Shown: positions 1 through 10,678, counted from the stretch's first letter. The stretch: DNA of 64,000 nucleotides from an uncultured cyanobacterium (GCA_963793265.1 CAWBZI010000002.1:320001-384000), one strand, 5' to 3'. Made by a program: numbers and translations. Notes: generated by a model not told the origin, from the sequence alone.

Positions 1-827
1 ATAATCAGTGGACTGAAGCCTATCGGCTGCTTTTTAAGGCGCTGGTTGCTTCTAGCTATCAGAGTGTTCATCAGAACGGCAATCAGAACGATAGTAAGAA
101 CGATAGTAAGAATAGCTCTCGCACGCCAGCACTAAAGCCCGATGTGTTCGTACTAAGCGGCCTGCGAGATCAAGAGGGACAAACCCTGGCCGTCGCAAAT
201 TTAGCAGCAGTTGCTTCGTGGCTATCTCAAAAAACGCTCATCATTGACGCCAACGTGCAGCAGCCCTTTCAACACCTTTTCTTCGATGTTTCGAGCCAAC
301 CGGGCCTCAGCAATCTTTTAGAGAATCGAACGCTCAGCGATCCTCACGCTATTCTCAAATCTGCTCAAATCAGTCCTATTTTAAACGTGAACGTGCTTCC
401 CTATAGCGGTTCTGTTGGTGAGGCAAACGGAAATGACTACGGAAATGACTTAGGCAAAAACGTTTCAGAAAATCCCAGAATGCGGGCTCTTTTGGCGGCG
501 GCTTCAGAACAGTACGACTTTACAGTTGTTGCTGCGCCTGCGGTCGCAGACTGTGCGGATGCGGCCACGTTGAGTAGCTACGGCGCAGGTCTGGTGCTGG
601 TAGTGCAGGCTAATGTTACAACCAAATCGCTGCTAAAGCAGTCGCTCAAAAAGTTGAGCCAAAGCGGCACGCCAGTTATTGGCCTTGTTATGGCGCAAAC
701 GCTTGATGATAGAGAGCCTGACTACTCCTTGAGCTATCCCTACGAGCAAGCCGCTAACCACACTGCGTTTCCTGTGAGTCTATTGCCCCGAAGAAAATCT
801 TCTCAGGGAAAAGTCTATACCGAATAA
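1..827 (+). CDS. wzc: Wzc/GumC-type polysaccharide co-polymerase, C-terminal tyrosine-kinase-like domain (5' partial)
   Basis: Frame is open from position 3 (NQWTEAYRLLF...), followed by a Walker A-like EGQT..ANLA, LIIDAN, PGLSNLL and a C-terminal Tyr cluster YSLSYPY; lies at the head of an EPS cluster. Confidence 0.8.
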   Translation, partial: NQWTEAYRLLFKALVASSYQSVHQNGNQNDSKNDSKNSSRTPALKPDVFVLSGLRDQEGQTLAVANLAAVASWLSQKTLIIDANVQQPFQHLFFDVSSQPGLSNLLENRTLSDPHAILKSAQISPILNVNVLPYSGSVGEANGNDYGNDLGKNVSENPRMRALLAAASEQYDFTVVAAPAVADCADAATLSSYGAGLVLVVQANVTTKSLLKQSLKKLSQSGTPVIGLVMAQTLDDREPDYSLSYPYEQAANHTAFPVSLLPRRKSSQGKVYTE

Positions 828-2275
828 TGCCTATGCTCTTGCCTACAGTCATGCAGAACAAAATAGCGCGATCGCCCGTTTTCTTAGGAACAGCAAGCGC
901 ATCAATCGGTATAGTAGGCGGCGGACTGGCAATCTATGAGCCCAAACTTTTCTTTGCAGGCGCGATCACCCTAATGGTTGGCGGCTGCTTTTTCGCCTTC
1001 TCACAACAAACCATCATCTTTCTTTTAATCTTACGCAGCGGCCTAGATGCCTTTTCAGCCCAAAGCCTCCCTGCCGCTTTCGCCCTTGGGCTGGATGCTT
1101 TAGTCATCACTTATGTTTTAGTCGCCATTCTCACCCATCAAAAAATACAGGTTGATAGAGCTTGGTGCCTGTTCGCCGGATGGATCGCTATTCAGAGTTT
1201 ATGGCCCGTACTCACCGCTATTGGCGGCCTGCCTCTAGGCAGCGCATTTTTAACTGAGAGCATTCGCGAATGGGTCAGAGTTTTCTCCTGGCTGATGGTT
1301 TATTTAATTATTAATCAGCTAAAAGACAAGCTGCATCCCGAGCAAGTGATTAATCGTCTCTTTTGGGCCTTAGCCATTCCACTGACTGCCGCCGCTCTAC
1401 AGCTTGCTGTTCCGCTCCACTTACTACCTAGCTTTTTACAGCCGATTTCTGCCACCGTATTTAAAGTAGGCTCCCGCATTAATGGCACGCTAGGGCACCC
1501 GAACACGTTTGCCTCTTTTTTGGTGTTGTTTGTAGCGCTCACGTATTGGAAGCTGGGGCGATCGCATCAAAAAGTCCTCTGGATTCTACTCTTAGGCGCA
1601 GAAATCTTCTTTTTAGTCAATACAAAAGCCTTGGTCGGCCTATCCATGTTAGGCGTTCTACTTTTAGTGCTCACCCTACCGCAGCTTAGCGTTCGGCGTT
1701 TAGTAGGGGCCATATTAATCATCGCTGTGCTGCTAGCTTTTTTCGCCAGCACAGAATTTGGCAGAGAACGGCTCGCCTCCGTACTCGAAACGCCGATTCT
1801 CAATCCTGACATCTCGATCAACCGAGCTGTTTTACTCTCCTGGTTTGACGGCAACAGCTTTAACTGGCGGCTGGCTCAGTGGACTTTTTTGATTGAAGAA
1901 TGGAAGCGATCGCCTATTTTCGGATACGGCTTAGGGCTAGCAACCTACTTAGGGCCGATCCAAGCCTACGCGCACAATGATTACATTCGAGCTTTGGTAG
2001 AAGGCGGTATCGTAGGCTTCTGCGCATTTCTACTATTACAGCTTGGGCAGCTCATCTACCTAGTTCGGCTGTGGTTCGGCAGCCAAAACCTAGCCCAAAA
2101 GAATTTTTGTCTAGGACTAATTGCTGTTCTTATCGCCGCTCTAGTCGGCATGGCTACCGAAAATATTTGGAGCCACACCACATTCTTCTTCTACTGGTGG
2201 ACGCTGTTTGCCATAGCCGGTTGGGACTGGAATCAGTCTGCTGTTGAACAATCGCCCTCACTTAAAAAATTATGA
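827..2275 (+). CDS. O-antigen ligase/Wzy polymerase family membrane protein
   Basis: Many TM segments; RINGTLGHPN, GYGLG and AHNDY motifs; EPS context. Confidence 0.85.
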   Translation: MPMLLPTVMQNKIARSPVFLGTASASIGIVGGGLAIYEPKLFFAGAITLMVGGCFFAFSQQTIIFLLILRSGLDAFSAQSLPAAFALGLDALVITYVLVAILTHQKIQVDRAWCLFAGWIAIQSLWPVLTAIGGLPLGSAFLTESIREWVRVFSWLMVYLIINQLKDKLHPEQVINRLFWALAIPLTAAALQLAVPLHLLPSFLQPISATVFKVGSRINGTLGHPNTFASFLVLFVALTYWKLGRSHQKVLWILLLGAEIFFLVNTKALVGLSMLGVLLLVLTLPQLSVRRLVGAILIIAVLLAFFASTEFGRERLASVLETPILNPDISINRAVLLSWFDGNSFNWRLAQWTFLIEEWKRSPIFGYGLGLATYLGPIQAYAHNDYIRALVEGGIVGFCAFLLLQLGQLIYLVRLWFGSQNLAQKNFCLGLIAVLIAALVGMATENIWSHTTFFFYWWTLFAIAGWDWNQSAVEQSPSLKKL

Positions 2276-3273
2276 AAACTCTGTCTTCTTACGATCTGTC
2301 GCCCAAAGTCTCTGTGCTGATTCCGGCTTACAATGCCATGGAATTTTTGCCTGCGACTGTTGACAGCGTTCTTGCTCAAACCTATCAAAACTTTGAAGTT
2401 ATTGTTGTTAATGATGGCAGTATTGATCACGTTGAAGACTGGGTAAATGAACTGTCCGATCAGCGCGTTAAGCTTGTTTCTCAGCCTAATCAAGGTTTGG
2501 CGAGCGCCCGCAATACTGGACTCGCGAACGCAAAAGGAGACTATATTGCTTTTATTGATGCCGACGATCTTTGGCTACCTGACAAGCTAGAGAAACAGGT
2601 GCAGCTATTAGATACTCAGCCAGATTTAGGGTTGGTGTATACCTGGATCGCTTTAATTGATGAAACAGGAAAGCCACAGGGGAAACTTCGTAAAAACCAC
2701 GCTCAGGGCGATGTGTGGGTGCAGCTTACCACCCACAATATTGTAGAGTGCGGCAGCGTGGCGCTAGTGCGGCGAGAATGCTTTGATAAAGTGGGTCTGT
2801 TTGACGAAACGCTGCCATTTTCTTGCTCTGAAGACTGGGATATGTGGCTAAGAATTGCCGCTCACTATAGCTTTGGCCTGGTAGCTGAACCCTTAGTACA
2901 GTATCGATGCCACTCAAATAATCTTTCTAGTCGGTGGCAGGCAATGGAAGAAAGCTTTCAAATTGTTTTAAAGAAGACTTTTGATGCGGCTCCAGAGGCA
3001 ATGCAGGCTTATAAGAACAGAAGCTACGGTGCTGCTAAGCTGCGAGTGGCGTGGAAGGCACTGCAAAACTCAAACGGCGACTATCAAACGGCTGTGCGAT
3101 TTGAGCGAGAGGCGATCGCCGACTACCCACCTATCCGAGGCACCCGCGAGTACCTACGATTCAAAACAGCGCTGTTGTTTGTTCAGCTATTTGGTCTAGA
3201 GCCTTACACTCGCTGTCGCCAGATTGTTTACCGGCTTAAAGATACGACTGCTCAGCTAGCAAACCGAACTTAA
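2272..3273 (+). CDS. Glycosyltransferase family 2
   Basis: VSVLIPAYN, VNDGS, FIDADD, EDWDMWLR. Confidence 0.95.
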   Translation: MKTLSSYDLSPKVSVLIPAYNAMEFLPATVDSVLAQTYQNFEVIVVNDGSIDHVEDWVNELSDQRVKLVSQPNQGLASARNTGLANAKGDYIAFIDADDLWLPDKLEKQVQLLDTQPDLGLVYTWIALIDETGKPQGKLRKNHAQGDVWVQLTTHNIVECGSVALVRRECFDKVGLFDETLPFSCSEDWDMWLRIAAHYSFGLVAEPLVQYRCHSNNLSSRWQAMEESFQIVLKKTFDAAPEAMQAYKNRSYGAAKLRVAWKALQNSNGDYQTAVRFEREAIADYPPIRGTREYLRFKTALLFVQLFGLEPYTRCRQIVYRLKDTTAQLANRT

Positions 3274-3293
3274 GCTCTCTTTTCTTTCAAACT

Positions 3294-4727
3294 ATGCCTA
3301 CGCCTCAAAACATCAAAAACAAAGTCCTTAGAGGGGGCATTTTTCTTACGCTCCGGCAGCTCTTATCTTCTGGGCTCTCTCTGGTTAGCGTATTGGTCAT
3401 CGCCCGCACGCTAGGCCCTGAGAAATATGGGCTAGTCGCCAGTTCGCTAGGTATCTTTTACTTTTTGGCCTGGACAGGACAAATGGGCCTGAACATGTAC
3501 ATCGTCAGACAGCCTGATTTAGACAATCGCGAAGCCGAGCAGCTTTTGGCCTTTTATAGTACGGCGGGCTTAGTTTTTTGCGTAGGCGTGTGGGCGATCG
3601 CACCTTTGTTCGGTCAGTGGACAGGCGTATCAGAAGTCTCTAACATCTTGCGATGGCTCGTACCTGCGATTTGGCTCCATATGCTCGGCGGCGTTTCGTT
3701 TGGAATGCTTACCCGCGAGCTAGCTTTCGATCGCGTCAGCTTGGTAGAAAGCCTCTCGCAGATTGCAAACTATCTTCTCTCGGTTCCCCTGGTGCTGATT
3801 TATAAGAGCTATTGGGGGCCAATTGCAGGCACGCTGCTACAGTTTGTAATAGCAGCAGGCTTAGCGTTTGCCCTTTACCCAGTGCGGCTCACCCTACGGT
3901 GGAAATGGTCATCACTTAAAAAAATGATGGCTTACGGTATCACCTATTTTATGGCGACCTGGGTTCAAAGCCTGCGGGTGCTGACGATTCCGATGGTCGT
4001 GACGCCTTTAGCAGGCATAGAAGCCGCCGGGATTGTCGGCATTACCGTTCGTATGTTAGAGCAGCTTTCGCTTTTAAGAAATGTGATTCGCAGTATGTCT
4101 ATTAGCGTAATGGCGAAGCTAATGGACAATTCAGCCGCCGTTCAACGCGCGTTAAATAGAGGCATGAGCTATATGTCTTTACTCATGATCTCGGTATGCG
4201 CAACGTTTGCCTGCCTGTCGCCTTGGGCAATTCCGCTGCTATTTGGCGCAGAATGGGTTGAAAGCACTCGAATCTTTCCGCCAATCGCTTTTGCAGCCTC
4301 AGTGGTCGCTATTTTTGATCTGCATTTAGCAACCCTACATGCCATTGGTAAAAATACCGCCGTTACGCTGCAAAACCTGGCGTATATGGGTTTACTGTGG
4401 CTAAGCTGCTGGCTTTTAATTCCGCCATTGGGACTGTGGGGATACGCGATCGCTGAAGTCGTTGCCCTCCCCACCTTTTATGTCTCTCATCGAGCATTTA
4501 GCACACTCTACGGCCCCCCCAACTATTGGAATGCAGCTTTAATTCTAACGACTGCTATTCCTGCTCTTATCGCTAGCGTCTTGTTTTTACCTACTGTCAG
4601 CGTTGCTGTTTTAGGATTTAGCTATGCTGCTTTAATTGCTGCCAACTCAAGCGTGAGAAAGGTGCTGCTAGAACTTTTTCAGATTATCAGATCGATGAAA
4701 TCCGAGAATAAGCTAGATGTTGTTTAG
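3294..4727 (+). CDS. wzx: Wzx-type oligosaccharide flippase
   Basis: Multi-TM protein; ARTLGPEKYG and LLFGAEW motifs of PST exporters. Confidence 0.85.
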   Translation: MPTPQNIKNKVLRGGIFLTLRQLLSSGLSLVSVLVIARTLGPEKYGLVASSLGIFYFLAWTGQMGLNMYIVRQPDLDNREAEQLLAFYSTAGLVFCVGVWAIAPLFGQWTGVSEVSNILRWLVPAIWLHMLGGVSFGMLTRELAFDRVSLVESLSQIANYLLSVPLVLIYKSYWGPIAGTLLQFVIAAGLAFALYPVRLTLRWKWSSLKKMMAYGITYFMATWVQSLRVLTIPMVVTPLAGIEAAGIVGITVRMLEQLSLLRNVIRSMSISVMAKLMDNSAAVQRALNRGMSYMSLLMISVCATFACLSPWAIPLLFGAEWVESTRIFPPIAFAASVVAIFDLHLATLHAIGKNTAVTLQNLAYMGLLWLSCWLLIPPLGLWGYAIAEVVALPTFYVSHRAFSTLYGPPNYWNAALILTTAIPALIASVLFLPTVSVAVLGFSYAALIAANSSVRKVLLELFQIIRSMKSENKLDVV

Positions 4728-4772
4728 CTCACCTGCCTAGTTAATTATTCAGTTAACCATTAGTAGCTCACA

Positions 4773-5708
4773 ATGAAAATTCATAGCATTTGCCTGGCTA
4801 AAAACGAAGCAGACATTATCGCTCAGACGTTATCTAAAGCTGTTGAGTGGTGTGACTATATCTATGTAGTTGATAACAACAGCAGTGACCCCACCTGGGA
4901 GATCGTTCAAGACTTAGCCAGCACACATCCCCAAATTATCCCACACAAGCGAGACGCCAGAGCTTTCTTTGATAGTATGCGAGGTGAAGTATTTAATGAT
5001 TTCCGCCATCTCACTCAGCCTGGCGACTGGTGGTGTAAGCTCGATGCTGACGAATTTTATATCGACAATCCACGTACCTTCTTAAGCGATATCCCAATTC
5101 AATATCAGGCTGTGTGGGCTGCTAGCTTTCAGTATTATTTTACAGACAAAGACCTAGCGCGCTACGAGCAAGATCCGACTGCTTTTGCAGACGATATTCC
5201 AGTTGAAAAGAAGTGTCGGTACTATCGCAATGACTGGTCAGAAAATAGATTTTTTCGATACGACAAGAAGATAGTGTGGGATACCCAAGATAAAGTTCGG
5301 AGCTGGCCTTTTTTTGGAGCTGTTTATCCTAAAAGAATTCGACTCAAACATTTTCAGTATCGATCGCCACAGCAGATCAAACAGCGGCTTGCAACACGCT
5401 TTGAGGCCGCGTTATCAGGGTGCTCGCCATCTTTATTTTCACATGAGAGGCAGCTTTTCTCAGACCAAGCTGACAGCCAAACCCAATCGCTCGAAAGCAG
5501 CCTGGACAGCCTCTGGGAAAAACGCATTGTTAAAGCTTCCGAACTAAGTTTTGATCTTCTAGACAACCGCTACTTGATGAGAGAAGATTTGATGCCTCCG
5601 ATCCCCAAGTCTTATTTTCCATCCGTTGAGAATAAAGTAAGGTACCTAAAAAAGTACGTCAATAGAACAACGCTTAGTAAGATTCCGCTTTTAGGTAGAC
5701 GTGCGTGA
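4773..5708 (+). CDS. GT2-like glycosyltransferase (Glyco_tranf_2_4 type)
   Basis: KNEADII, VVDNNSSD, LDADEF, HFQYRS. Confidence 0.85.
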   Translation: MKIHSICLAKNEADIIAQTLSKAVEWCDYIYVVDNNSSDPTWEIVQDLASTHPQIIPHKRDARAFFDSMRGEVFNDFRHLTQPGDWWCKLDADEFYIDNPRTFLSDIPIQYQAVWAASFQYYFTDKDLARYEQDPTAFADDIPVEKKCRYYRNDWSENRFFRYDKKIVWDTQDKVRSWPFFGAVYPKRIRLKHFQYRSPQQIKQRLATRFEAALSGCSPSLFSHERQLFSDQADSQTQSLESSLDSLWEKRIVKASELSFDLLDNRYLMREDLMPPIPKSYFPSVENKVRYLKKYVNRTTLSKIPLLGRRA

Positions 5709-5739
5709 ACACTCTGAAGGCTTAGCCGCTAATTTTCCT

Positions 5740-6780
5740 ATGTCTCTGGTATCTGTTATTATTCCGTGCTATAACGCAATGCAGTTTTTGCCTAGCGCAA
5801 TATCGAGCGTTCTAGCACAAACGTATCAAAATTTTGAAATTGTTATAGTTAACGATGGTAGCTCCGACAATATTGAAGCTTGGGTTAGCACACTCAAAGA
5901 CGATCGCATTCGCTTGATTTCTCAGGTCAATAAAGGGCTAGCCGAAGCTCGTAATACGGGCCTCCAGAACGCGATTGGAGACTACATAGCCTTCTTGGAT
6001 GCTGATGATGTATGGCATTCTCAAAAGCTAGAGAAGCAAGTGCTAGTTTTAGATACTCATGCTGAGGTTGGATTGGTGTATAGCTGGATTTTGCTGATTG
6101 ATAAGTATAATCGCCCGCTGAAAAAGGTCTGGACAATTAGTGCAGAAGGAAACGTTTGGAAGAAGATTACTGAAGGCAATATCATCGCCTGTGGCAGCGT
6201 ACCGATGATTCGCCGCACCTGCATAGAAACTGTGGGTTTATTTTCAGATTTCCCTCTTTGTGAAGACTGGGATTTTTGGCTACGCATTGCTGCTCACTAC
6301 CCTTTTAAAGTCATTAGAGAAATATTAGTCTTCTACAGAGAGACACCCAATAGCGCATCGCGCATTCAGGCCAACGGCACTGAAGGTAAGCTTCAGGAGA
6401 TGGACAAAAATTTTCATTTATTAATAAAAAGAGCTTTTGCAAACGTTTCTTCAGACCTCAAACAGTTAGAGGCGCGCAGTCATGCTTTGATCGATCTTCA
6501 GATCGCCTGGATCGCACTAAAAAGCCATGGAAACAGCTACAAACACTTTGAATATTACAAGGCTCAAGCGCTCCTATGCGATCCTCAGATAGCTTCTCTT
6601 TCGGCGTATAAAAAGATTGTCTGGGCTGAGCGATTTATCCGGCTTTTGGGCCCTCAATCCTACAACGGCCTAAAAGCACTGCCACTTAAGCCTTTAAGCA
6701 ATTACAGGCTGATTATCGATGCTGATATAGAACTTAGGCGTATCGTAGGACGAGAACCTAAGAACGTTGTAGGATATTAG
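5740..6780 (+). CDS. Glycosyltransferase family 2 (paralog of 2272..3273)
   Basis: VSVIIPCYN, FLDADD, EDWDFWLR; ATG 5740 preferred over GTG 5701. Confidence 0.93.
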   Translation: MSLVSVIIPCYNAMQFLPSAISSVLAQTYQNFEIVIVNDGSSDNIEAWVSTLKDDRIRLISQVNKGLAEARNTGLQNAIGDYIAFLDADDVWHSQKLEKQVLVLDTHAEVGLVYSWILLIDKYNRPLKKVWTISAEGNVWKKITEGNIIACGSVPMIRRTCIETVGLFSDFPLCEDWDFWLRIAAHYPFKVIREILVFYRETPNSASRIQANGTEGKLQEMDKNFHLLIKRAFANVSSDLKQLEARSHALIDLQIAWIALKSHGNSYKHFEYYKAQALLCDPQIASLSAYKKIVWAERFIRLLGPQSYNGLKALPLKPLSNYRLIIDADIELRRIVGREPKNVVGY

Positions 6781-6785
6781 AACAG

Positions 6786-8945
6786 ATGAGAAAATTATAT
6801 CCTCTCTCACCTTTTGCAGCTTTCTTCACGGCTGCATTTTACGCTATGACCCTTGCTGATTCGCTTCTGCCAGCAACCTCTCTAGCATGGCAGCCTCTCA
6901 ATGAACCAGGCGTCGGTGGACGCATCGATAGTATTGCTGTAAGTCCCCACAGCACAAACCATGTTTTAGCGGGCGGCGACATTCTGGGGGCCTATCTTTC
7001 TACCAATAACGGCGATAGTTGGTCGGCTACATCAGGCTGGCTAAACTACGAAATATCTGACTTTACCTGGCACCCTGAAAATTCAGATATCGTGTGGGCG
7101 GGCTCGCTTAGCGGGCCTCATTTGAGCACAGACGGCGGAAGAACTTGGGACGTAAAGCGCTCTGGTATGCCCGCAGTTGACGACGGGCAATATACCGCCC
7201 CGGTCGAAAAGGTTCTGTTTGATCCTGATAGCAGTCGGATGCTTGCGTTTGGTGGCGACCATCGGCAGCTAAAGTACGAAAGAGATATTCTCAACTACGG
7301 CACTGTTTGGGTGACTTATGACGAGGGTGAGAATTGGAGTCGCCTGTCTGAGATTGTTAAGGGTGCCAATATTATGGCAGCGAGCTATGCGGGTGGCTCT
7401 AGCCATGAAATTTATACGGCCGTATGGAATCGCGGTGCTTTCTATAGTAGCGATGACGGTGCTACTTGGACGCAGCGTAGCGGCGGGCTACCAACTGATG
7501 GGAATGGAAATATCCCAATTTCTGATCTGGCGGTTCATCCTGCTGATTCTAATACGCTTTGGGCGACGGTGAAAGGCTTTGGCGTTTACAAGTCAGCTAA
7601 TGCCGGGCAGTCCTGGCAGTTGTTGAATCAGGGCATTCCTTCAGGCGGCAGTGAGTTTTGGTCTGTTGAGGTAAGCCCAGACGGACAGACTTTGTATGCG
7701 GGGAATAAGAATTTTAGCGATCGCCCCGGCGTTTATAAGAGCAAAGACGGCGGCAGCAGTTGGCAGCATCAGTTTCACAACAAAAATCAAATTCAAGGCA
7801 GCCAAAAGCCCTATCCTGGCGGCATTGTGCCCTGGTGGATCGAAGTCTCACCGAAGACTAACCAGACCGTTGCCCAGACGGTCTTTGTCGGCACAGACAA
7901 TGCTATCTATCGCAGTGATGATGGCGGTGTAAACTGGGCAATTTTGGGTGCACAAAAGACTGCTCAGGGCTGGCGGGGCAGTGGATTCAGTGGACTGGTA
8001 GCGAGAAATGTAGAATGGAATCCCTACGATCAAAATCATGTTGTGCTTCAGGGAATGGACGGTGCAAAAGCAATTCAGTCGTGGGATGGCGGAAATAACT
8101 GGCGCGTGAACAACAGCGGGCTACCGTCCTACCAGGGTGGGCACGACGTTGCCTTTGCCCCCGGTTCAGTATTTAGCGTGTTCGGACAAAGGGATAAGGG
8201 TGCTCAAAGCTCAAGTTTGATTGGTCGCAGTCAAGATGCGGGCCGCAGTTGGACGCTGTTGCCGCCCCCAGTGAACGCGGCTGAGGCAACTCAGATCCAT
8301 GTTGATCCCAACAATTCCAATCGGCTGTGGGTGGTGATCGATCAACAGCTTTGGTATAGCAACAATGCCAATCAGAGCGCAACGCCCGCATGGACTCAGT
8401 TAAATGTGGGGTTTGGTAGCAATGCGGTGGGTGAGATAGAAGCGATTCCAGGGTCGGAAGATATGTTTTATATCGCGACGGGTAACGGCGTTTATCGTAC
8501 AAACAATGGCATTGACTTTAATCCTATTGGGGGGCCGACAGGCGCTGTTGATGCGGAGCTAGCCATTTCTGCTGCTAACCCCAACGTTCTCTATACCGCC
8601 CAAACAAATGCAAATCAAAATGGCATCTGGCGCTACAGCACGCTTGAAAATAGCTGGTCGCCCCTATGGACAAATCCGCCTGTGACTTCCAAAGTTGGTG
8701 ACATCGCTGTCCATCCCACCAATCCCAACGTGCTCGCGCTCATCACTCACGATCAGCCCTTTCATGACAAAACTTGGGCAACAGGCGTTTGGCTAAGTCA
8801 GGATGCGGGGACAACCTGGCGACAGGAGAATCAGGGACTACCGATGCTGCGAGGAGAGGCGATCGCCTTTCATCCTAACGGCCAGTCGCTGGCTGTTGGC
8901 TTAGGCGGCGCTGGCTTCTACACTACAAACTTAGACGGCACATAG
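6786..8945 (+). CDS. Secreted Asp-box (BNR) repeat beta-propeller protein, GH74/sortilin-like
   Basis: Signal-like N-terminus; many S/T-x-D-x-G-x-x-W boxes (STDGGRTW, SSDDGATW, SKDGGSSW, SDDGGVNW, SQDAGRSW). Confidence 0.8.
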   Translation: MRKLYPLSPFAAFFTAAFYAMTLADSLLPATSLAWQPLNEPGVGGRIDSIAVSPHSTNHVLAGGDILGAYLSTNNGDSWSATSGWLNYEISDFTWHPENSDIVWAGSLSGPHLSTDGGRTWDVKRSGMPAVDDGQYTAPVEKVLFDPDSSRMLAFGGDHRQLKYERDILNYGTVWVTYDEGENWSRLSEIVKGANIMAASYAGGSSHEIYTAVWNRGAFYSSDDGATWTQRSGGLPTDGNGNIPISDLAVHPADSNTLWATVKGFGVYKSANAGQSWQLLNQGIPSGGSEFWSVEVSPDGQTLYAGNKNFSDRPGVYKSKDGGSSWQHQFHNKNQIQGSQKPYPGGIVPWWIEVSPKTNQTVAQTVFVGTDNAIYRSDDGGVNWAILGAQKTAQGWRGSGFSGLVARNVEWNPYDQNHVVLQGMDGAKAIQSWDGGNNWRVNNSGLPSYQGGHDVAFAPGSVFSVFGQRDKGAQSSSLIGRSQDAGRSWTLLPPPVNAAEATQIHVDPNNSNRLWVVIDQQLWYSNNANQSATPAWTQLNVGFGSNAVGEIEAIPGSEDMFYIATGNGVYRTNNGIDFNPIGGPTGAVDAELAISAANPNVLYTAQTNANQNGIWRYSTLENSWSPLWTNPPVTSKVGDIAVHPTNPNVLALITHDQPFHDKTWATGVWLSQDAGTTWRQENQGLPMLRGEAIAFHPNGQSLAVGLGGAGFYTTNLDGT

Positions 8946-9004
8946 CCGAGAATAACGTCAAAGCTGTCATACTTGAAAAAGTCGTTCGTTCAAAGGCTTG
9001 ACTG

Positions 9005-9637
9005 ATGGTTGCTACCTTGAATCGCGCTGATTGTGTTGTGTTACACGGAATTTCATGGGAGCAGTTTGAGCGGCTGCTAGAGGATTTGGGCGATCGCCCT
9101 GCCGCACGCCTTACCTACGATAATGGAACCCTAGAGATAATGGCTCCACTGCCAGAGCACGAGCATTTCAAAGAAGTCATCGGTGATGCGGTGAAAGATA
9201 TCGCGGATGAGCTAGACGTAGACTATGAAAGTTACGGCTCTACAACTTGGCGCAAGCGAGCGGCGATGGCGGGTCTTGAGCCTGACAACTGCTTTTACTT
9301 TCAAAACGAAAAGGCTGTCAGAGGGCGAATAGACCTCGACCTGAGTCAGGGCGATCCACCCCCTGATCTTGCTTTAGAGATTGACGTTACCAGCAAATCT
9401 CTCAACCGCTTTCCTCTCTATGCCCGTTTGCAAGTGCCTGAAATTTGGTGCTACGACAGCGGCACACTGAAGGTATATCACCTTCAGCAAAACGCCTACA
9501 TAGAAGCAACAACAAGCTTAGCCTTACCCCAACTTCCTATTCAAGAACTGCCCCAGATTATTGAAGCCAACCGGAATGCAGGAAGACGAACTATTCGAAG
9601 AGCAGTACGAGAATGGGTCAGAACACGAGTTGACTAG
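9005..9637 (+). CDS. Uma2 family endonuclease-fold protein
   Basis: ISWEQFE, LEIMAP, EPDNCFY, PPDLALEID, VPEIW. Confidence 0.92.
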   Translation: MVATLNRADCVVLHGISWEQFERLLEDLGDRPAARLTYDNGTLEIMAPLPEHEHFKEVIGDAVKDIADELDVDYESYGSTTWRKRAAMAGLEPDNCFYFQNEKAVRGRIDLDLSQGDPPPDLALEIDVTSKSLNRFPLYARLQVPEIWCYDSGTLKVYHLQQNAYIEATTSLALPQLPIQELPQIIEANRNAGRRTIRRAVREWVRTRVD

Positions 9638-9706
9638 CCGTTTAGAGCCTTTCAACTTCGTGAGTTTTTCCCTTAAAGGTGGAAGAAAACCCACAAAAAT
9701 ATGCTG

Positions 9707-10678
9707 CTAGATCGCCATGATCACAGACTCATCATAAACGCGACTGTTTTTATCGATGGCCTTGACCATTAACCGATCGAGATAAACGTCTAGCGTCGTA
9801 AAGCCTAGCCGAGACTCAGCACGTGCTGACCAGTCTTCACGACGACCGATTCTTCGTAGTTTAGCTCCGTTCCCAATGGTGATGTAGGTGACGCCTTTAA
9901 TAGATTCTGTTCTCTCATAGTTGTGATCGTGGCCGTTGAGATAAAGCTGTACGCCATAGTCTTCGAGAATAGGAGAAAGATCTTTCGCAAGATTTGGATC
10001 AGAGCCGTGATGCCCGGACGAGTATATAGGATGATGCGCGAATACGACTTTTAGAGGAGCTATGGACTCTTCTAGCTCATGACGCAGCCATTGCAGTTGC
10101 TCGTTCCATAGGGGTTCTCTGCGGCTGTCTCTCAGATAAAACTGATTGGTGTCTAAAGCAAAGAACTGAACGGGCTGCTGGGTGAAGGTGTAGTACCTTG
10201 CAGGCATGTTGTAGCCAGGGTAGGCAATTTCATCTTCTCCCTCTTTTGTCAGAAAGTCGTGATTGCCTAAAGATGCGTAAAACTTAACCCCGTGGCGTAG
10301 CAAATCGGCATATGGCTTTTCAAATGCCTCGCTAACCTTTTCTATTTCGCCCTTTTCGTAGATGTTATCGCCTGTCATTAGCACTGTTGAAAAAGGAGAA
10401 GATTCCCAGTGCCGCAACATGGCTTTGGCGACATCGTATTGCTTTTGGCTGCCTGTGCCTACGTCGCCTATCGCTACAAACTGGAATAGCGGGGTGTCTT
10501 CGGGAGGTGCGATCGCCTCTAATCCAATATCTAAGATAGCTTCAGAACGCTTGCTTACTGCGAAGCGGCCACGTTGACCCGCTACGGCAGCAAAGCCACC
10601 TAGCCCATACAAAATCAGTTTTCGCCGTTTCAAAAAAATGACCTCAACGCAGTTTAAGCTGTCTGTCATAGCAGACAT
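9707..10678 (-). CDS. Calcineurin-like metallophosphoesterase (purple-acid-phosphatase-like), possible Tat substrate
   Basis: GDVG, GDNIY, GNHD, HHP, GHDHNYER; N-terminal KRRKLIL followed by a hydrophobic stretch. Confidence 0.9.
   Translation of the reverse strand: MSAMTDSLNCVEVIFLKRRKLILYGLGGFAAVAGQRGRFAVSKRSEAILDIGLEAIAPPEDTPLFQFVAIGDVGTGSQKQYDVAKAMLRHWESSPFSTVLMTGDNIYEKGEIEKVSEAFEKPYADLLRHGVKFYASLGNHDFLTKEGEDEIAYPGYNMPARYYTFTQQPVQFFALDTNQFYLRDSRREPLWNEQLQWLRHELEESIAPLKVVFAHHPIYSSGHHGSDPNLAKDLSPILEDYGVQLYLNGHDHNYERTESIKGVTYITIGNGAKLRRIGRREDWSARAESRLGFTTLDVYLDRLMVKAIDKNSRVYDESVIMAI

Noticed and set aside
9005..9637. Uma2 gene as a defence system
   Set aside because: Uma2 paralogs are very common in cyanobacteria and there are no partner genes here
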